DNA of 64,000 bases from Takakia lepidozioides. Its lineage: Eukaryota > Plantae > Bryophyta. The notes under the pieces were generated by a model that saw only the letters and a list, made by a program, of their open reading frames with translations, was not told the origin of the DNA and made no database searches. The stretch spans positions 38,068,001 to 38,132,000 of the forward strand of contig CM060731.1 of NCBI GenBank assembly GCA_030704615.1, read 5' to 3'. The translations under genes and the position numbers were made by a program. Every line of letters starts with the position of its first letter. Within the stretch, counting starts at the first letter, position 1. Positions 12,097 through 24,774 of the stretch are shown in pieces.

Positions 12097-14591
12097 CTCC
12101 CACTCAATTAAACCATATCATTGAGCTACTTCGTTTGTCTTTGGAGAAGAGACACCAAGTAAGGCTGAACACTTCATGTGTTTTGTTTGTTCGTCAAAAC
12201 ATCCACAACCATATCTCTTGTAGCACAATAGATCATCTTGATCTCTCCCTTGCATACAACTTCCCGTATGTAGTGATGTTGCACTTCAATATGCTTCGTC
12301 CTTGAATGATACTTCGGATTCGGACTTAATGCAATCGCACTTTGATTGTCACAATAGAGAGTCATAGGTAGTGATTAGAGATGATCCAAATCTCCAAGCA
12401 ACTTCCGTAACCAAATAGTCTCCTTTGTTGCTTGTGTAATGGACATGTACTCAGCTTCTGTTGATGATAACGCTGTTGCAACTTGTCGTTTGCTAGACCA
12501 AGATACAGCTCCACCTGCTAGGAGAAAACAATGGCCTGAAGTTGATTTTCTACTATCAACGTCTCCTGCCCAGTCAGCATCAGCAAACCCCAACAAACTT
12601 AGATCTTCCACTCTCTTGTAGAGTAGACCAGAGGTTGATGTTCCTCTTAGATATCGAAATATCCTCTTCACTGCTTTCCAATGGGTTTGTCCGGGATTTG
12701 AAAGAAATTGTCAGACCACTCCCACTGAATGTGCAATGTCTGGCCTAGTACAAACCATGCAATACATCAAACTGCCGACTGCGCTTTGATAAGGAGTTTT
12801 CCTCATATCTTCTTGCTCTTCTTGAGTCTTAGGTGCCATATCCTTCGTAAGTTTCAAACCAACTTCGAGAGGAGTTGATGTTGGCTTACTCATCTCCAAT
12901 TTAAACCTTTGTAGAATTGTCTCAATGTATTGTCGTTGATGCATGAATACTGTATGGTTCACTCGATCTCTACTGATTTGAATACCAAGATAGAACCGAA
13001 TCTCACCCATGTCAGTCATGGCAAACTCAGCACTCAACAGTGTTTTGGTTTTTGGCAACAACCTTTGATGATCGTTGGTGACAATGATTGTGTCATCCAC
13101 ATATAGAGCTATGATCACAAATTGCTCTCCCATCTTTTTCACATAGATGTTTGTGTCAACAATGCTTCGCTCAAATCTTGCCTTTAAGAGGTAAGCATCG
13201 ATCCTAGCATACCAAGCTCGAGGACTTTGTTTGAGTCCATACAAACTCTTTTGCAGCTTACACACAATATCACTTCCTCATTGTACAAACCCTTCAGGTT
13301 GTCTCATGTAGATCTCTTCTTGTAGTTCTCCATTCAGAAATGCGGTCTTAACATCCATTTGATGAACTTCGTGATCATGTTGAGCTGCAAGAGTTAACAA
13401 CACTCTGATAGAATAAATCTTCACCACTGGTGAGAAGGTTTCATTGTAATCCACTCCTTGAATTTGTGCATAGCCTTTAGCTACAAGACGAGCTTTGTAC
13501 CGGTAAATAGATCCATCAGCTTTGTACTTCAACTTGAAGATCCACTTGCAACCACTGGCTCTTCATCCTGCAGGCAACCTAGTGAGTGTCCATGCTTTGT
13601 TTTGCATCAATGAATCCAACTCTGAGTTGATTGCTTCTTCCCATTGTAGTTTGTCTGGAGAGCGCATCGCTTCCTCATATGTAGCAGGCTCAACCACTTG
13701 TGATGCTTCTTCCATAGCTTCAATGGCACTCATAGATATAATCAGCCTACTAGAAGCTTCATTTCCCGCTGAGATCTCCTTAGAATTGGCACATCTTCAA
13801 CTTCATCTCTAGAGTCCATATCAACAAGTGGTTCACCAACTTCGACTCCTTGATCAACTCCATCAAGTTGAACACCTCCATCATTTGCTTCAGCCATCTC
13901 TTGTATTGGCTCCTCATAAGACTCCTCTTGGAAATGGTGTAATGGCTCTAAGCTCATTCCCATGTCATCTTCTCCCACTACCAAAGAGGGTATGAAGCCT
14001 TCATCAAACACTACGTCCCTACTGTGTTTGACAGCCTTAGTTGTCTTATTGAACAATTTATATCCCTTCACACCTTCTGTGTAGCCAATGAAGATGCATC
14101 CTTCTGATTTGGAATCAAGTTTCCTTCTTCTGAGTAGGGATATGGACATATGCACGACATCCAAAAATCCTACAATGAGCCACACTAGGCTTCTGACCAC
14201 TCCATACCTCTTCCGGTGTTTTTCCCAACACTGATTTGGTAGGTATTCTGTTGTGAAGATATGTTGCAGTGCCAACAGCTTCTGCCCAAAAATGATTTGA
14301 AAGATTCACTTCTTTCAACATACTCCTTGCAGATTCTTGTAGTGATCTATTCATCCGCTCAACTACACCATTCTGCTCAGGTATATATGGAACAGTAAGC
14401 TGTCGAGCTATTCCATTCTCTTGACAAAACTGATTGAAAGTCTTTGAGATGTACTCACCACCATTGTCAGATCTCAAAATCTTAAGAGGCTTTCCAATTT
14501 GTTTTTCTGCAAGTACTTTGAACTCCTTGAATTTCTCTAGCACTTTTCTGCCTTAGGAAATTCACCACAACCTTCCTTGACAAATCACCTA
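11790..14591 (-). mobile_element. 5'-truncated, decayed Ty1/Copia LTR retrotransposon (integrase-RT-RNase H)
   Basis: Integrase motifs (LRSDNGGEY, PEQNGVVERMNRSL, KLDSKS), RT motifs ([38 protein letters not shown]) and RNase H motifs (ADADWAGD, STEAEY, CDNQSAI, RTKHIEV) in Copia order. Broken by stops and frameshifts, and cut inside the integrase at 14591. Confidence 0.95.
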
Positions 14592-17500
14592 GGGGGTGCA
14601 CTCCAGCCAATACGTACCAGCCACGTGCGTGCACAGGAGGGGGTATTTTAAACCCATCCATGTACAACATTATACATATAGAGGGGGGTTTATATCACCT
14701 TAAATATAATCTTACAGGAGGGGGTTATAGAATTTTAGGAGTAGTCTAGTGGTAAGGGCGTAGAATGTGTCGTGACGCACCGCGGGATCAAATCGCGATG
14801 CAATGTTGTTTTGCTTTTCTTTTTTTTCTTTGCTCCCAGCGATCTGTCTCCCGCGGGCTCTCTTTTCCCTCCTCCCCCGCACCCCTTCCGTGTCAGCATA
14901 GTCTTAGCAGGCCGAGAGAGAGAGATTATAATGTTCATAGGGATACTGAATTATGTTCTTTGAAGAGTCTTCAGGTAGAGGTAGCACTTACACAAGGCTT
15001 AAGGCTGCTTGAGAAGTGGGAGCATGCTACGCTGCACTTGACACAGTGGACCTGGCCCATGTTTGAGCTTCATACTTGGGTAGGGAAGCCCTTCAAGGAT
15101 GACATGTTGTTGATGTTTCATACTTGACTTGATGACATCCTCAAAATATGAGAGGTTAGTACTGTGTTACACTAGCATCTAGGAGTTAACCGAAGTCGGG
15201 GTTGACTCTCTGTTCAGTCAGATATCATTATGCACACAATAGGTGAGAACTCATTCATGCAGACCTGTTCTTGCTGACTAGAGCTAGGTTTTGCATCAGA
15301 AGAGTACATGGTGACATCTGACATGCCCTCATCTTAGTTAGATTGCAGCGGCTTACGTAGCATGTCCTTCCTTCAGTGCTTGAGCCTTGTTGCTACAAAG
15401 GGTGGAAAATCAAAATGAACAATCTGTTACAAACAATGTTAGCGCAGGTACATGAAAGGCTGCTGATGCTAGTCTCTGCAAATGAGATGCGCTCATTGGC
15501 TGAGCGTGTGTTCCAACCTTTCTCTACTGTGAGACCTTTTGAATGCACGTCGACTGCTGAGAGTCTGTGGAAGGTTGCTTTCTCCCACCTGTTCACTCTA
15601 AGGGCTCATAGTCTTGTTTCAGTGGTAATAAGTGGTATTGACTGAAAAGACTTTCTCATTCTAGTCGATTTAACAAAATATGTAGATCTTTATCTGCTTT
15701 CTCAACGAGGTATAGGTGAAACCCTAAAAGCACATACATGTGCTGAAAGATGCATGCAAAGGGTTCGATAATTTTGGTTTGGCATCAGAGCAGCATTCTA
15801 GGACGCCCAATATTTACAGATAGATTCATGTTGTATGTCTGATGTAGGCTGCTTTGGTGGAGTATGAGGAAAAGATGCTTCCAATAGAGGGGAAGATAGC
15901 CTTAAAACTACGGGAACTCTTTTGCTCTTCTCTCCTACCTTCCTTTGCAGCATCTGTCAGAGAAAATGCAAACAACTCTGTTTCAGCTATGGCTCGGCCT
16001 CATCAGGTGGCAAACTTCTTTCTTCTGGTTATAATGCGTTCCTTAGACCATCTGGTGTTTGCAAATTTCTCTTTAGCTTTCAGGAATGTCCCAATTGCAC
16101 TGACTTTATATGCAAAGTTTCCCTCTGTTGGGGAACCTTAGTAAATGAAGGCTAGTAAGAAGATAAAGAGGTCGATGTATCCTTGCACAACCACATCTTT
16201 TTAAATGGTATGTGTTTTGTTGTGTTGATAGTTGTGTGTGTACTGCGCAGGTTTAAAGAGCTCTTTGGAAAACCTCTTGTGGTGCAGTGTCTGGCAAGTG
16301 AAGGACATAGGCTCATCTCACTAATTCAAAGGTGATTGGCAGAGAGTCACAATTTTTTGTTGTTGTTTGATGCCCTTTGTTGTTCTTTGTCCGTCTCCTG
16401 TAGAGGAAATCAAAGTCGCAAGCTCCTCAATCAAAAGCATTCCTACTTTGTGTTGTGTGAAGGAGGAACCATGGAATCATTGATATGCACCAGTGTCAGC
16501 ATGCAGGCATGTTGAGGCTCTGAGGAGTACATTTGAAGAGAAGTGTGTTGTGTTCAGCACCCATAATAGAAAGAATGAATTTGATGTGGCCTTGCCCCAC
16601 TGCCATGCGGGGATAGTTGTTGGAAGTAGTAGAGTCGTCCCTATTTTTTCATGTTGAATTCTGCAAGTTAGATCGTTGGTGGATCTATGGTGGTTTTGGA
16701 GTGATTTTGTGCTCCCTGTACCTTCTTCTTCAACCTATTTCAGTCTGTTTTGCCCTCTCATCATTAGGGTTTAGGGTGTTTGCTGGAAGAACTTCATGCC
16801 ATCAGTGTCAGCTGCTAGTAGCAAGGCTGAGGATGTATTCATGATTTGTCCACAGGCAGGGATAGCTAAGGACCAGGGATAGAGGTCCAGATTCATCCAA
16901 GAGGGCCGGATTTCAAACACAAGTTTCTTTCTGCTTCTCTGTGGATCAATAGCTACAAGCAATCGCGCGGGTAGATGGTCAATTGGAAACATCAGCGGCA
17001 ACAGTGCAATTGATAGAACAAGGCAATGCTAATGAAGGTACATTCTTCAACACATTTCAGCCTGTTTTTCCCTGTTATCAGAGTTTTTCCATGTTTTTGC
17101 CTGAAGGAGCAGGGATAGAGTGTGGGTCTAGATTCATCCACGAGGGTTGGACTTCAAGCTCCAGATTACCTTGATTCCATGTGGGTCAGTAGCTACAAGA
17201 AACCTACATGGGTAGATGGTAAACTAAAGGCAGCTATTGCAGCGGCACAGATGATAAGTTCAGGCACCTCAACCATGACCACAGCTTTTGAAAGAGGATC
17301 AAGAGATGGAGTCCACAATGCCTCTTCTGACATTTCTGGGCATGTGAAGATACTTTGTGCGGCAGACAGCCTGACAGAGGCTCTACAGATTCTAAACCAA
17401 TGAGGCATTTTAGCAGATTCAGATATGTATGTTTGTCTCTTGCTTAAGTGCATCACTGTCACCAACCAGGGCAAAGGTGGGGCCACTCCTTGGATTAAAA

Positions 17501-17682
17501 CGTATAAATATGTTGGCTTCCTTTAGCATGCAAAGGAAAGAAGGAAAAGACATAAACAGTTCGGTTTTCCTTCAGACCTATGTTTGATCCAATCTCAGAT
17601 CTTTACCTTTGCAATCCTTACCTTTGGAGATGTACTTCAATGATATGTGGGCAGAGGGAGGATGGTTTCCAGTGGGAAGCTA
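14592..17682 (+). repeat. Left inverted arm (~3.09 kb)
   Basis: Colinear reverse-complement match to 33055-36159 with only scattered substitutions and small indels. Paired ORFs in the track confirm it (15376+/35106-, 16617+/33895-, 17193-/33251+). Confidence 0.95.
14975..16331 (+). pseudogene. DYNC2H1: Captured genomic fragment (at least 4 exons with introns) of cytoplasmic dynein-2 heavy chain (retrograde IFT motor), N-terminal tail region
   Basis: AG/GT-bounded exons 14975-15154, 15448-15573, 15848-16006 and 16251-16331 read VEVALTQGLRLLEKWE..LTQWTWP..HTWVGKPF..(R)LDDILKI(R)E / VHERLL..RVFQPFSTVRPF..ESLWK / AALVEYEEKMLPIEGKIALKLRELF..PHQ / FKELFGKPLV..LASE. This is colinear with the DYNC2H1/DHC1b tail as I recall it (QW..LTGQVW..RLEEVLAIRTIHEK..RVFEPF..PLWKAAVSQYEK..EQKIAGKL..YKELVKRP). 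Two in-frame TGA stops. Confidence 0.8.
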
Positions 17683-18519
17683 CACTAGAAGCATTCGTGT
17701 CTTTTTCGAATCGACTGCACGTCCAAAACCACTGAGGGAACAACTTTGAGATGTTTGTTACTACTGCACAATCGTAACGGATAAATTCACATTTCTAATG
17801 GCGGATAGAAGTTGCATCAATGACTCCGCAGTCGGCACAATATTCGCGGCGATTTAATTCAATTACGTAAATTGTTTTTTTTTTTAAACAGCAATTACAA
17901 GTGGTTTTAAGCACTAGAGAACGTCTCTTAACAACTAGGCATTCATTGCACACCCTATTCAAAAATGGAATTTTTATAAGTGCTCCACATGGCTCATGAC
18001 GTGGAATATTTTAATGTATTTTAGGGCTTGTGTGGCTCGTAGAGATTGTTCTAATCGTCGGATGTAAAATGATCTAAGGGTGGAAGAGTAACTTTGTCCT
18101 TTGCCTGAATTTGTCTAAGTGTTGGGAGAGGGATGGAGGCTTGAGAGAGAGACGAACAAGTGATGCGAGAAGGACGAAGACCAAATCGAGGCCCATGTCC
18201 TGTTGTTGCAAGCGTTTATGGCGTCAAGGGCGCATTATGTGCAAATGTGGGCTCTTGGCTCCCCTTTGTACCATGATTTGGTATTCTTCCTGATGATCAC
18301 AAGGTTCTTGGGGGAATCAGCTTGGTCTTAGCAACCCATATTTTAATCTCTGCCCGCTCAGCTGCACCGTGGTGGTTCTTATGAACCAATCCCACATTAC
18401 CTGACTAGAGATACAAGCAGCACGCACAAGAGGTCTTCTTGGGTTCATGGTCAGTCTAATCCGCAATGGGTCATGACACAAGGTAGAGGACAATGTGGTG
18501 AGGGCACCTTCTTCTTCGA

Positions 18520-19349
18520 GCTATTTCAGCCTGTTTTGCCGAGATGTAGTGTCGTGGAGTGCGATGCTTGCAGGGTATGCACAGCAGGGACGTGGGATGG
18601 AGGCTTTGGAGACCTATGAAGTTGCGAAGGGAGAGTTTGATAACATGGCTGAACAAGATGTTGTCTCAAGGAACACGCTGAATCTCGCAAGATATGGCCA
18701 GCATGTGTGCGGGATGAGGGCATTGGAGACATATGAGCAAATGTTGAGAAGAGGTGCAGCCTGACCGGGTCACGTTCATTTGTGTTTGCAATGCATGTGC
18801 AAACCTGGCAGCCCTGGAGACTTGGTAAAGGGCAAAGAGGTCCATCGTGACATTGTCAAAGCTGGAACTGTACCAGATGTAACAATACCTTGTCGACATG
18901 TATGCCAAACGTGGGAGCATTCCCTTGTGAACAAGGAGTGTTTAACAATATGGCTGAGCGAAATGTGGTGTGGTGGAACGTGATGATCGCAGGACATGCA
19001 CAACATGGGCGGGGATTGCGGGTTTTGGAGACCTATGAGCAAATGATGTGGGTCTAGGGGGTGAAGCCCGAGCACATTACGTTTGTTTGTGTTTGTAGTG
19101 CATGTGCGAGCCTGTTGGAGAAGGGCAAAGAGGTCCATGGTTGCATCGTCAAAGCTGGAATTGTGGTAGATGTCATTCTGAACATGAATACCCTTCTAGA
19201 TAGGGAGTGTTCAACAATATGGCTGAGCGAAATGTGGTGTCGTGGAAAGTGATGATCACAGGACATGCACAACATGGGCGGGGATTGCAGGTTTTGGAGA
19301 CCTATGAGCAGTTGATGTGGGAGGGGGTGAAGTCCGACCACATTACGTT
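18520..19349 (+). pseudogene. Degenerate, tandemly duplicated PLS-class pentatricopeptide-repeat (PPR) gene fragments
   Basis: DVVSWSAMLAGYAQQGRGMEALETYE, NMAERNVVSWKVMITGHAQHGRGLQVLETYEQLMWEGVKSDHITF and KPEHITFVCVCSACASLLEKGKEVHGCIVKAG. Many frameshifts. Confidence 0.85.
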
Positions 19350-21956
19350 CAGAGAGTTCAAATGCCTCTCCACCATGACCTTGCTTAGCTAACCATGCCT
19401 TGCTGATGTTGTTGTCTTGCACTTGAGTTGTTTTTGGACACTGGCTGGAACATCCACAAGGCGGCTCTGCTCGAGAGAGAAATCAGCTTGAATGCAGGGG
19501 CAGATTTTGAGATCACAATCGCCACTCAGAACGTTGTTCTTTGCACCGGCATGGCATGTCAGCATGCATATCAGCCCAAACTCATTACTCCGTGAGCCTT
19601 CCACTGCCGGAGTGTGCCCATTCAAGCTAGATCTTCGAAACGCAGGGATGGAACGGGGTTTTGAAACCAGCATTGCCTAACTGGATACCCAATTCAACTC
19701 CGCATCTTGGTCCATTAATCTGCTGCACATTGTGAAGTTTTTTGCCCGTTCACCGCAAGTTGAATAAGGAGTATTCTTAAAACACGGGTACTCATAATCT
19801 GAAAATGGCTCCAGCTTATGTTGCTTGAGTGCGAATATGAGTGTTGGTTGGCTTGGCAGCTTTACATCTGGTCCATCCCACTCGATATGATGAACAGGTT
19901 CAGCTTGACTTCTCTCACACAAAAGACGCTGCCAAGATGGGGTTCGCCGCCCTAGATGACTTCCCGTCGTTGTTTTGGGCTGCAACATACAATTAATCTG
20001 GCCCATGGCGAGGGGCCTTGCCTTCCACCAATCATCTATAAGTCCTATGAAACTGTTTTTGTGGCAGTTTGTAAGCAGTGGGCAGCGATGGTGGGCTGTT
20101 GTAGGATTTGATGAACTCAATGTCGTGTACTGACAACAACCCCTCATCTCTTATGCAAGCATTCAACAAGCCAAGTTGACTGCAGAGCATATTGAGCCCC
20201 CCACGTTTCTAGTTGCCTAATGTTCTTCATCTCCTGGGCAGAGCATTTTCCAAGGTCTCCATCTGTGATGACACACTATCTTCTCATGTGGTTCAGCTTC
20301 TGGTCTTGCGCTTGTTTGCACCACCCCAATGAAGGGCAGTTCCCACCTGCTTGATTCTCTCTATATGGTTGTCTTGGGTCTTGGCAGGGTTTCCCACAAC
20401 CGCCTTTCCTTTTCAGACTGCCAGTCATCAGCCTCGTTCTCCAATGCTTCACTTTCTTCCCAAGTGAAGTGCTCTCCTCTTTTATGCTTCAACGTCCCTG
20501 CAGGTGTCTTTTCCTTCATCTCCCGTGGTGCTTTCGAATGAATGAGCACTGATTTACATCTGTTGGCAACACTTACGGTGTCCCTTTCCTTGCATGCCAC
20601 TGCAGGCCCGCATTGACTTTCTTGGCAGGGAAGTCTCCTCCTTCTCCCTCATTTTCTGGCTCTGTTGGTGCCCCACTCACCATGCTATCAGGGAGTCTTC
20701 TTGGCAAAGTCTCCCACGAGCTCCCATCAATTTCAGGCATCAGGTTTTCTACCCTGCCCTTCCACTTTTCATAAGCGAGGTGCATGTCTTCCTCCCTTTC
20801 ACTCTTCAGCGTCTCAGGCAGATTTTTCTTCATGCGATTGCTGCTCCCATACTTCCAGTCCTTGTTTAATTTTCTCCAGCCATCACCCTCAGATTTGACA
20901 AGGTATTGTTGCCCTTCCTTGTGTCTTTCCTCACTCCCAGCTGCTGGTTTTATCCGAGATTCACCTCTCATCCTTGCCTGGGGTTTTGCTTGCCAAACAG
21001 CCCTTGTGTGGGGAACTTCAACGAAAGGCAACATCTCATTCTCAGCTCCTGTCTTTGTACCTCTTTGCAGCAGTCCAGCCTCGGGTGCCTCACTTTCTGA
21101 TTGTTGGGTTGCATTCTTCGCCGCCAACCTTTGACAAGAAAGTGTGCTCCATCTTCCTCATCTCCTACTGGTTCCCTTGATGCTTCACCTCATATGTCTT
21201 CCTCCTCATGTTTTAGCAGCAGTTCCCATGCTTGAATTGCTACTTTTCCTCGTAGTTGATCTTGTGCTTTCCTTTTTCTCCGTAGCCTAATCAACAGTTT
21301 TGTCTTGGCAGCTCCCTTGCCATGAGTGCCTTGTCTCACTGCATCTCCCTTGGCTGCCCACCATCCTTGGAGTCTTTCTTGCACTATTCTGACCCTCGTT
21401 GGCATGCACTTTGCTGTGATGCCCCACATGTATTTGCTGCTCCCTTTAATCATCAACATAGTGCTCTAGAGCCAGTTCCTCATTGTTGACCAATTGACCT
21501 TCTCAGCCCTTGGACCCCATTTTCCCTTCTCCCATGTTGCCTCGTCTTTCTGCTTCATCGTTTGCTTTACTAGCACGATGTTGCTTCTTCCCTACAGCTC
21601 ATCATGTGTTGTGGCTCTTTCCCATGTTGCACTCACTCCCATCATACGTTGTGCAGTTGATAAGACGGAGATGAGTTGATGCAGGATAGGGGGAGGGCTT
21701 GCTGGTGTATGTTGTCTGATAGGCCCTATGCACAGAGTCAAAGCTGGAAGTCAGCCTTGCAAGGACCCAAGTGAGAGAAGTCTGGTGGGGTAGCATCTTG
21801 GGGGATGGCAGTTAGGGCAATGTGTGTCTAGGGCAATATATGTCATAGCAGCGGGTGATGTGCTGCCAATTTTGAGGATAGAGACAGCCTGTAAGCTGTA
21901 GATTTGTATAAGTGGTTTCTTCTGACACATATTGCTCCCAGTTTGCCACAACCAGT
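19350..21956 (-). mobile_element. 2.6-kb insertion with a decayed, unidentified long reading frame (possibly retroelement gag-like)
   Basis: Splits a PPR motif exactly (CATTACGTT at 19341-19349, TGTTTGCATTTGTAGTGC resuming at 21957). Carries a chain of minus-strand ORFs (21190-21459, 20573-21127, 20361-20600, 19677-20147, 19389-19673). Confidence 0.45.
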
Positions 21957-22102
21957 TGTTTGCATTTGTAGTGCATGTGCAAGCCTGCTGGGGAAGGGCA
22001 AAGAGGTCCATGGTTGCATCGTCAAAGCTGGAATTGTGGCAAATGTCATTCTGAACAATACCCTTGTGGACAGGGAGTGTTCAACAATATGGCTGAGCGA
22101 AG
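21957..22102 (+). pseudogene. Continuation of the interrupted PPR fragment
   Basis: VCICSACASLLGKGKEVHGCIVKAGIVANVILNNTLVD, nearly identical to 19085-19230. Confidence 0.8.
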
Positions 22103-22109
22103 GATAGAG

Positions 22110-23200
22110 TGTAATGACTGCTAATGAAGGCACCTTCTTCAATTTCACCTTGTTTTCCCCTCTTATCAGAATCGCTTCTAATTATTCATGTCTGAATTCT
22201 GCAAGTTAGCTGGTTGAGTGAAGCTTTGATAGTTTGGAGTGACTTTGACATGATTCTGCCAATGTGACAACAGGAAAATATCATAAACAGGTAACACAGA
22301 CGAGGAGAAGTTGTGGAATGAATATTTTTCTGACCCCAGTCAATGGTGGGACAATCGAGGCAAGAAGGTGAATGTTTGTTGGATTATAGAGAGTAGCAGA
22401 TGCAATTGAGCGTAGGAACTAGTGTGATAAGTTGAGTTGGGTGCTTCCTAGAACAAGTCTAGGCTGTCATCGTCAACTGCTAGCAACAAGGCAAGGTTGT
22501 ATGCATGATTTGTGCGAGGCATGGATAGTTGAAGGAGCAAGGATAGAGTGTGGGTGCAGATTCACCCAAGAGGGCCAGACTTCAAGCTCCAGATTAACTA
22601 TGAAGCTACAAGAAACCTGCATGGGTAGATGGTCAACTGGCAGCAACAGCACAATTGATAAAATCAGACATTGTTAATGAAGGCATCTTCTTCAGCACAT
22701 TTCACCCTGTTTTTCCCTCTTATTAGAATCGGTCCAAAATTTCCATGTTGAATTATGCAAGTTAACTGGTTGAGTGAATCTAGTTTGGAGTGACTTTGAC
22801 ATGATACTGCTATGTGACAACAGGAAAGTATCAAAAAACAAGTAACAGACATGAGGAGAAGCTGTGGAATGAATACTTTTCTACCCCCAGTCAATGATGG
22901 GACAACCGAGGCAAAAAGGTGAATGCCTGCTACATTTCAGAGAGTAGCAGACGCAATTGAGCATATGAACTAGTGTGATAAGCTGAGTTGGGTGTTTCCT
23001 AGAACAAATGTAGGTTGTCATTGTCAGCTACTAGCAGCAAGGCAAGGATGAATGCATGATTTGTGCAGGGGCATGGATAGTTGAAGGAGCAGGGATAGAG
23101 TGTGGTCCAGATTCATCCTAGAGGCCAAATTTCAAGCACAAGATTTACCTATGATTCCCTGTGGATCAATAACTACAAGAAACCTCCATGGGTAGATGGT
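22110..23200 (+). repeat. Diverged tandem copies of an ~550-bp repeat family (R) also present in both arms and, inverted, at 30440-31170
   Basis: Shared motifs GCTAATGAAGG..CTTCTTCAA..CATTTCA..CTGTTTTTCCC, GGAGCAGGGATAGAGTGTGG, CTACAAGAAACCT.CATGGGTAGATGGTC and TTTTCTGACCCCAGTCAATG.TGGGACAA. Confidence 0.8.
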
Positions 23201-23422
23201 CTATTCCGTGGAACTCACTGAAGTCTTGCATTATGAGGATCAGAACTGCTTGACTTGCACGAGGCCTTGACCCTTAGGCAATCCCCAGAGCAGCAGTAGC
23301 TTTTGGGCTGCTTTTTTACTTTGTGTTTTTCATTTTGTCCTATAAGCTCTTTGAGCTTTCCGCAGATGTAATAAAGTACCATTTTGTTTCATTTCATTCA
23401 TTTTCATTTCATTTTGTTTCAT
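23200..23422 (+). mobile_element. 5'-truncated 3' end of LINE family A
   Basis: Encodes the decayed C-terminus (..LHYEDQNC..HEALTLRQS), then the TAAGCTCtttGAGCTT stem-loop and a (CATTT)n tail, matching 36810-37010 (-). Confidence 0.8.
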
Positions 23423-23429
23423 GGCAACT

Positions 23430-24774
23430 CTTTCATCGTTTGTGCATTTCTAATGCATGATTAGTTGGTAAGCCATCTGTCAAGCCTGAGGAAATAGTCT
23501 TTCCTGGATACATTAGAAGAGTTCTTTGAGGACGATTATTCAGAGGAAGCCAAGATACAGACAGCTGCTCTGCACCTCCGTGATGCCGCCAAGCTATGGT
23601 GGTCGCGCCAGAAACAGGAATGCCGTGAACACAAGAAACCACCTGTGGTAGTTGGGCTATGTTTAAGACACTATTCTTAGCCCACTACCTACCTGACGAC
23701 TATGCACACAAGATGAAAATGGAACTGTTCAGGTTGAAACATGAAACCTTGAGTGTTGGTGAATTCAAAACTAGATTTGAAACCCACGCAAGCTACTTTC
23801 CTTCCCTGAGTGAAGAAGACAGGGTTGATTTCTTTGTGGATGGCCTGAATGATTCCCTTACAGAGGATTGTGACTCAGGCTCGTGAATTTAAGCCAGTTG
23901 CAACGCCATCTTGGCAATCAACTAAGAAAAAGGGGAACTGGAAAAGGTTCAAGCCCTATAACAAGAGGCAAGATGGCTCGAATAATCGAAGCCATCGCAG
24001 GTAGAAGCCCCTGCACGGCTCAGTGCCAAGGAACGGGAAGAGCATAGGCGCAAAGGATTGTGTTTCATCTGCCATGAGTGGGGTCACAGGGCTAGAGAAT
24101 AGACAACCTGAACCTGGCTCAAGAAGATGTGCAGCCTTCCCACATTCTGCTACCCAACGGCGGTGTGGAGTCTATGCACAGACATCTGTCAGACGTGCCA
24201 ATGATCCTGCAAGGTGTATACACGACAACAAATTTTGAGGTTTGGGATGGAGCTCGGTACGACTGCATCCTCGGTATGCAATGGCTGGATCCAGTGGATG
24301 CGGTGGTAGCCTGCAAGCTCGAAACGGTCAGTGGGACTTTGCCAAATGGAGAGGCATTTAATCTTAAAGGTACCAGAGCCCTTCCTAATGTCCCAGTCTT
24401 GTCAGCCTTGCAGATAAAGAGGATTAAGTGGTTGGGTAAAAGAGAATGAACTAACATTGAATTACCCCTCATTTTCTGTCATTGAGGACAATGACCTGCC
24501 TTTGGGAGGGGGAGCTTGTTAGGTGCCTATGGAGCCCGGACTGGAACAGCGGACCAGCCCATCAGAGAAGAACGTAACCGCTAAACCTTGGGGGGCTGAT
24601 CTTTACGGACACCTGCAGGTGACAAGAACTGGGCAAGCTGGTGGTTTCAAGAAGCTAGGGATTGGTGAAGAAGATGTGGTAGAGTGCGACAAGAAAAAGG
24701 ATGGTTGTAGCGCGGCCTTATGGAACCTGAATTGAGGAGAAGGACAGATGATTTGAAGAGAGGGCCTGAGATCT
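23430..24774 (+). mobile_element. Internally deleted Ty3/Gypsy remnant: gag, zinc knuckle, protease, PPT and start of 3' LTR
   Basis: Gag (SWAMFKTLFLAHYLPDD..LFRLKH..SVGEFKTRF..FVDGL), zinc knuckle (RRKGLCFICHEWGH) and protease (YDCILGMQWL). PPT GGGAGGGGGAG at 24504-24514 is followed by TGTTAGG at 24517. Confidence 0.85.
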
